From Candidatus Thorarchaeota archaeon (lineage in GTDB: Archaea; Asgardarchaeota; Thorarchaeia; Thorarchaeales; Thorarchaeaceae), in NCBI GenBank assembly GCA_048882325.1, contig JBHLRS010000001.1:1-64000 (forward strand): a DNA stretch of 64,000 nt, given 5' to 3'. This document shows, piece by piece, positions 59,491-64,000 of this stretch; the stretch's first letter is position 1; each line of letters opens with the position of its first letter. The notes beneath the pieces are model-generated. The model saw only the letters and a list, made by a program, of their open reading frames with translations. It was not told where the DNA came from and did no database searches. Position numbers and translations under genes: made by a program.

Positions 59491-60183
59491 GTGGTTGTTA
59501 TGGCATTAGAATCAATTCCAACTCCTATTGATACCAGCCCAAGTCAACTTGATAGAAGAACTCACCAGGTGTTGATAGCATTAGGTGTCTTCGGCATCCT
59601 AAGTACAATGGTTATGTACGCTGTACAAACAGGTGTATATCTAGAATATCTACGACTCATGAATATTGATCCATTCAACTATGAAGCTTATATATATCTC
59701 ATAGACATTCTTCAGCTCGTTGGTGATCTCTATATCATTCCGGCCATGATGATAGCACTAGGTTTCTATGCGGTCATTGTTTCGTCTGGAGGAAGGTTCA
59801 GTTTGATATTCGTTTTCATCTTTCTTTTTCCATATACGTACAACCTCTATGAGGAGCTAGGATCTTTGTTTGAATACGAGTTTCTACTTTCACTTGATAC
59901 AGCAATTGCGATATCTATAGCTTTCATTTTGGGTATGATTCTATTGACTACGAGATATCAGATTAAGAAGAGATTACTTCTATACTTCGCAATCATAATG
60001 ATGCTGGCGAATCCTATTGTTGTCATTGTGCACTACTTCCTTGTGTGGGTAAACATCAGTAGTCTGATACTTGGAACACAATACTTTCTGATCACCCTGC
60101 CGGTTACGATAGTCTACTACCTGCGATTGGTGACTATAATGGTGTTATTCTCCGTTGAATTCAAAAGAGACAATGTGATTTAA
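59491..60183 (+). CDS. Hypothetical polytopic membrane protein
   Basis: About six hydrophobic segments. Confidence 0.7.
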   Translation: MVVMALESIPTPIDTSPSQLDRRTHQVLIALGVFGILSTMVMYAVQTGVYLEYLRLMNIDPFNYEAYIYLIDILQLVGDLYIIPAMMIALGFYAVIVSSGGRFSLIFVFIFLFPYTYNLYEELGSLFEYEFLLSLDTAIAISIAFILGMILLTTRYQIKKRLLLYFAIIMMLANPIVVIVHYFLVWVNISSLILGTQYFLITLPVTIVYYLRLVTIMVLFSVEFKRDNVI

Positions 60184-60327
60184 ACAAGATTGAGCTGGTA
60201 GGTCCTGAACTTAGGTGGGACCTACTCGCCTTGTGTTCTCTATTAGCAATAATTGGCTGTTTAGCCATGTGACGAACTCTTAAATGCCTACAACACGAAT
60301 GGCCTTCAGATACAGACTCCGGAGAGT

Positions 60328-61380
60328 TTGATAATGGGTTCAGAAGCAGAAGCAGCGGACATGTTCAAGTGTCCAGTCTGCAATGGCAATGTAAAGACCG
60401 GACCCGACGACGTTGTTATTTCATGTACCTATTGTGGCAGTACAAGCACAATTGATGGCAAAGCTATTGGAGACCATCTTATGGAAACCGCTGTCGACTC
60501 AGATGAGCGACAGCAAGGTTTCCAGTCATTCCTTGACAAGAATAAGGGAATGAACAAATCCCTAGTTCGGAATGCAAAAGTGGTTGAAAATCGATTGATC
60601 TATGTACCTGTGTGGACTGCGAAGGTAAAAGCAGATTCCTACTACAAAGGTTACAGAACTGTCCAAGTTCCGGTTCAAAAGACTCGGACCGTTAGAGATA
60701 GTGAAGGACACACACGAACTGAAACATATACTGACTACGAAACAGGTTATGAACCAGTTCAGGATGAAATCCACTCTGACACAGATGAGCGATTATTAGC
60801 CAGAAAAGGCGCTCGCTTCTATGGTCTCGAGGAGTATCTAGACAAAATAAACCTGGCAAAGACAATCCCATATGACTTTGAGAAGATCAAGGATTTGGAA
60901 CCAGATATGCTCAATGCTGAGATTGGTCAAGAAGAATATGAGAAAACTGTCCATGGTCGTGTGGCTGACAGACACCGCTCGCAAGCTGCGAGTGGACTGA
61001 CAGAGTTGTTTGATTGCAGGACTACTACCAACGTACGAGGAACTACATACCTTCAGGCACCATTCTCACTGATACGATACAAGTTCGAGGGTGACCTCTA
61101 TAAGGCTGCGATTGACGGTAACACGGGCAATGTGGTTCTTGGCGAAATTCCAATCACACGTGGTCAACGTATCATGTGGACTCTAATGGGTCTTATTGGA
61201 ATAATCGTGTCAGGAGTTGGTGGCGAGTTCTTCATGGGCGCAGGGATGGGAATCAATTCGGTCCCAGAGGGTGACACAATGCAAATTGTCCTTGGGCTTG
61301 CAGCAATAATCATTGGAATCATAATGACCTTTGCAGGGTTCAGGGTGCTGATTATGACTCAGCGCACCAAGAAGGGGTGA
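60328..61380 (+). CDS. YdjG-like zinc-ribbon membrane protein
   Basis: CPVC..CTYC; YVPVW; Y.F....YKAAIDGNTG.V.GEIP; two C-terminal TM. Confidence 0.75.
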   Translation: MIMGSEAEAADMFKCPVCNGNVKTGPDDVVISCTYCGSTSTIDGKAIGDHLMETAVDSDERQQGFQSFLDKNKGMNKSLVRNAKVVENRLIYVPVWTAKVKADSYYKGYRTVQVPVQKTRTVRDSEGHTRTETYTDYETGYEPVQDEIHSDTDERLLARKGARFYGLEEYLDKINLAKTIPYDFEKIKDLEPDMLNAEIGQEEYEKTVHGRVADRHRSQAASGLTELFDCRTTTNVRGTTYLQAPFSLIRYKFEGDLYKAAIDGNTGNVVLGEIPITRGQRIMWTLMGLIGIIVSGVGGEFFMGAGMGINSVPEGDTMQIVLGLAAIIIGIIMTFAGFRVLIMTQRTKKG

Positions 61381-62369
61381 TTGAAATGGCAAGATGTGCG
61401 TTTTGTGATGCAGATTTTCAAACTGGTCCTGGCGATGTCCTGTTAGTCTGTCCTTACTGTGGTACTGCACAGACTACTGATGGTGTAAAGTTTCAGGATC
61501 ATTACATGATTCGTGTTCATTTCGATCAGCATGAGGCACAGACAACACTGCTTGATTGGATAGCAAAGCAACTTGGTGTACCTGAAGACCTCAATGTAGG
61601 TGCAAAGTTTGTCAAGTACCAACAGGTCTGGTATCCATTCTGGATTAGCAGAGTTGATGCCCACACAGAGTACCGAGGAATGGGTCGCGACGCCAATTTC
61701 TATGATGAATGGCCTCAGAGGAGAGGTGCATACAAGCGTATTGATTTCTTCTGGAAGCCTGAATCAGGTGCTTTCACTCGAAGACATGAGATCAATATTG
61801 CAGGTGTAAAAAACATCGACCCAGATGTTCGCAGTCATCCGATACCGACTCGTGCCAAGGAATACTTCAGTCATGCACATGCTGAGGAGTTCGATGGTCA
61901 AGTCCTACACAGTAATATGACTGAAGACCAAGCCAAGAAAATGGCTCATCAGATTGCTCACGACAGACAGACAAACCTTGTGTTGCAAGAAGTGAGTAAG
62001 ATTGAGTCCAGAGATGACAAGATTGATGTCGGCGAAACATTTCTGATTCATGTCCCTGTTTGGGAGCTTGAATACAGATATGGCAATAAGAAATACAAGG
62101 CATCGGTTTCAGCTCCAACCGGTTATGTGATTGAGAGTGAGTATCCTCGCTCTATGTCTTTCAGAGCCGGAGGTATTGGAGTCGGTCTGATCATGCTCCT
62201 CCTCGGAGCAGGTCTAATCATGCTTGCGACGGGTATCCTTGCTGACCTACTTGGTATAGGTCCAATGCTTCAGGGTGGGGGCCTATTCTCGGGTGGTCTT
62301 TTAGCCATCATTGGTCTAGTTTTAATGTATAAAGGCGCTTCTAGCAAAGAAGCAAAAGAGCGAGTGTAG
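61377..62369 (+). CDS. YdjG-like zinc-ribbon membrane protein (paralog)
   Basis: CAFC..CPYC; WYPFW; HVPVWELEYRYGNKKY; two C-terminal TM; GTGA overlap with the previous gene. Confidence 0.75.
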   Translation: MIEMARCAFCDADFQTGPGDVLLVCPYCGTAQTTDGVKFQDHYMIRVHFDQHEAQTTLLDWIAKQLGVPEDLNVGAKFVKYQQVWYPFWISRVDAHTEYRGMGRDANFYDEWPQRRGAYKRIDFFWKPESGAFTRRHEINIAGVKNIDPDVRSHPIPTRAKEYFSHAHAEEFDGQVLHSNMTEDQAKKMAHQIAHDRQTNLVLQEVSKIESRDDKIDVGETFLIHVPVWELEYRYGNKKYKASVSAPTGYVIESEYPRSMSFRAGGIGVGLIMLLLGAGLIMLATGILADLLGIGPMLQGGGLFSGGLLAIIGLVLMYKGASSKEAKERV

Positions 62370-62397
62370 GTCATCCTACACCCTTTTCCTTTTTTTT
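62364..62397 (+). terminator. Hairpin overlapping the stop codon, plus U-tract
   Basis: GTGTAGG/CCTACAC, then CCTTTTCCTTTTTTTT. Confidence 0.6.
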
Positions 62398-63551
62398 CAA
62401 TCTAGTAAAGTTGAGCTTGTAACAGTCTTGAATACACCACCGAACTCGTCGAGAAGTGATTCCTCCTTTGTCCAGACACTGATGTCTGGGGAGAGAAGAG
62501 AGTCTAGTACTGTAATCGCATTTTCTTTTGTATCAAGGATTACTTGGTCTGACACGAACGCGGAATTAACTCCAGCTCGAACTAGCCATGGTCCAATTAC
62601 AATATTGCTATTGTTTCTAGCATAATGGAAAACTGTTACATGAGCCGCCTCTTTCTGTCCAACAAGGTTTCTATATGCTGAAAATCGTGCATGGTCTGCA
62701 AAGACAGAGGTCCTTGAGTCGATAGTGACGTTCTTAATCCCCTCTAGGCTCACATCTCTGGCAAATCCCTGTTGGGTTCTTTCAATTCTGAAATAATCAA
62801 CCTTAGGTCTACCAGGTTGAATGAAGATTGTGAAATTTTCACCATGAATCTCAGACCTTCCAATTCGGTATGAAAATGCAACAGGTTTGTCTGCGAGCTC
62901 GATCAAACAACGACTGATGTAGGCATCAATCACAGCTTTGTATGATCCTCGAGTTGGAACGAATCTTCTACTATCCAGTCGACCAAGGAGCCCGACTGAC
63001 ATCAGTCGTGCAACTTGATCCAGAGAATAATCATACTCCAAAAGCTTCCATGCCGCCTCTGAAGCTGGGATGTCTAGCTCCGTAATTCTCTTTGCTACTC
63101 TACTAATCTCAGGTTCAGAAACAATTTCAATGGAACTGATATCTACCTGAGAACTTGCTGGGAGCTGACCTCCCAGAGCGTAGAGTCCCCGTGGGGGAAG
63201 GTTGGCAATCTCGAATTCAAGAGCGACTGGACTGACTGACAGGGCTATGGTCTGCAGTGCCTCTACGAAACTTGATGGCTCCATAGATCGAGCATCAATA
63301 GGAACTGTGAATCGATACAACCTTCGTCGCATGGACAAGATAGCTTCTTTGTCCAAGCCCATCCATGACGCTGGGTGATCGAAGATAGAGAGATACTCTG
63401 AAGGTTCCTTCGAGGCCAATACCCCTGCCATCACGACTGGGTATTTCGCAGCCTCAATAGTAATGCCGGGTGGACTGAACGCTGTTACGTGGCGACGTGA
63501 CTCAACTTGTCTTAGCTGCATTTGAGTCGTTTGAGCATGATCGAGTGCCAT
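62397..63551 (-). CDS. Divergent Nre-family DNA repair protein
   Basis: SPPG...YP.V..G, DHPASW....IL..R, SVGLLG...RRFVPTR. Confidence 0.7.
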   Translation of the reverse strand: MALDHAQTTQMQLRQVESRRHVTAFSPPGITIEAAKYPVVMAGVLASKEPSEYLSIFDHPASWMGLDKEAILSMRRRLYRFTVPIDARSMEPSSFVEALQTIALSVSPVALEFEIANLPPRGLYALGGQLPASSQVDISSIEIVSEPEISRVAKRITELDIPASEAAWKLLEYDYSLDQVARLMSVGLLGRLDSRRFVPTRGSYKAVIDAYISRCLIELADKPVAFSYRIGRSEIHGENFTIFIQPGRPKVDYFRIERTQQGFARDVSLEGIKNVTIDSRTSVFADHARFSAYRNLVGQKEAAHVTVFHYARNNSNIVIGPWLVRAGVNSAFVSDQVILDTKENAITVLDSLLSPDISVWTKEESLLDEFGGVFKTVTSSTLLD

Positions 63552-63731
63552 TGCCTTCCCCTTTCTTATGTAGACCCATATATTCATTCAATGAGTTTGC
63601 TAAGCCAATTCTGCACTATATTGGTTCTATAGAAAGGATAAGACACGTCGTGAGAGAGATGACCGAAAGTATCTCTCACGAAAGACATATAGTTTCTATA
63701 TGCGTGGCGACGCTCAAGCATGGTTTGAGAG

Positions 63732-64000
63732 ATGATCGCGCCTTCTGAGAGTACTGAAACTGATTCGACTGATTTTGATGAGAAAGTTGGTTTTGGGTAT
63801 TTCCTCAAATGGAAGCAAAGGAATCGATGGAACATCCATCTTTTCATTGCAGCTTTGATAGCGACGGGTTTCAGCTGCATTCATTATCTCTTAACCATGT
63901 TATCATATACTCATCCCGGCTTTGCTTTGGATGACTCATGGATTCACTTGCAATATGCACGTACAATATACGAAGGAACACCTTGGGAATACTCACCAGG
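63732..64000 (+). CDS. GT-C-type membrane glycosyltransferase, partial (runs off the window; absent from the ORF track)
   Basis: Hand translation MIAPSES...LFIAALIATG...FALDDSWIHLQYARTIYEGTPWEYSPG shows a TM followed by the DDxxIHxxYAR motif. Confidence 0.7.
   Translation, partial: MIAPSESTETDSTDFDEKVGFGYFLKWKQRNRWNIHLFIAALIATGFSCIHYLLTMLSYTHPGFALDDSWIHLQYARTIYEGTPWEYSP

Noticed and set aside
60198-60225. GTAGGTCC/GGACCTAC inverted repeat after the 59491 gene
   Set aside because: Plausible terminator, but the loop is 12 nt and the U-tract is weak, so it was not called
63648-63690. Possible SECIS element or hammerhead ribozyme (AUGA, GAAA)
   Set aside because: Helix geometry does not fit, there is no CUGAUGA core, and no in-frame UGA selenoprotein was seen nearby
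63584-63880. 98-aa minus-strand ORF in the track
   Set aside because: Shadow of the plus-strand glycosyltransferase starting at 63732, which carries a recognisable motif
1-64000. Numerous 60-160 aa antisense ORFs; tRNA, rRNA, IS or prophage elements
   Set aside because: The antisense ORFs lie within well-supported genes; no RNA gene, transposase, integrase or viral hallmark was recognised by eye

Overview
Gene-dense archaeal chromosome segment, most likely an Asgard archaeon of the Thorarchaeota type. That assignment is inferred from a gelsolin, roadblock and longin cluster together with archaeal-type MAT, thermosome, Rpo6, TrpRS, HisRS, Ard1, ThiR and Nre. About 52 credible CDSs were found, including one partial gene at the right edge that the ORF track missed. 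No rRNA, tRNA, CRISPR array or transposase was recognised. Highlights: (1) a 218-aa protein that matches eukaryotic CINP (C1orf109/55LCC family) in three motif blocks and lies directly behind a degenerate Hel308/Ski2-like helicase and a PD-(D/E)XK nuclease; (2) a co-oriented gelsolin (PPPKPP repeats), roadblock, longin and coiled-coil/Zn-ribbon cluster, facing a polyproline-tailed membrane protein; (3) an HhH-Rpo6 fusion; (4) a catalytically dead, surface-anchored M28 peptidase; (5) an unassigned glycyl-radical enzyme operon; (6) a ThiR operator; (7) dispersed YdjI/YdjG-like (Psp-network) genes; (8) repeated hairpin plus U-tract terminators. All family calls are by-eye motif recognition; no searches were run.
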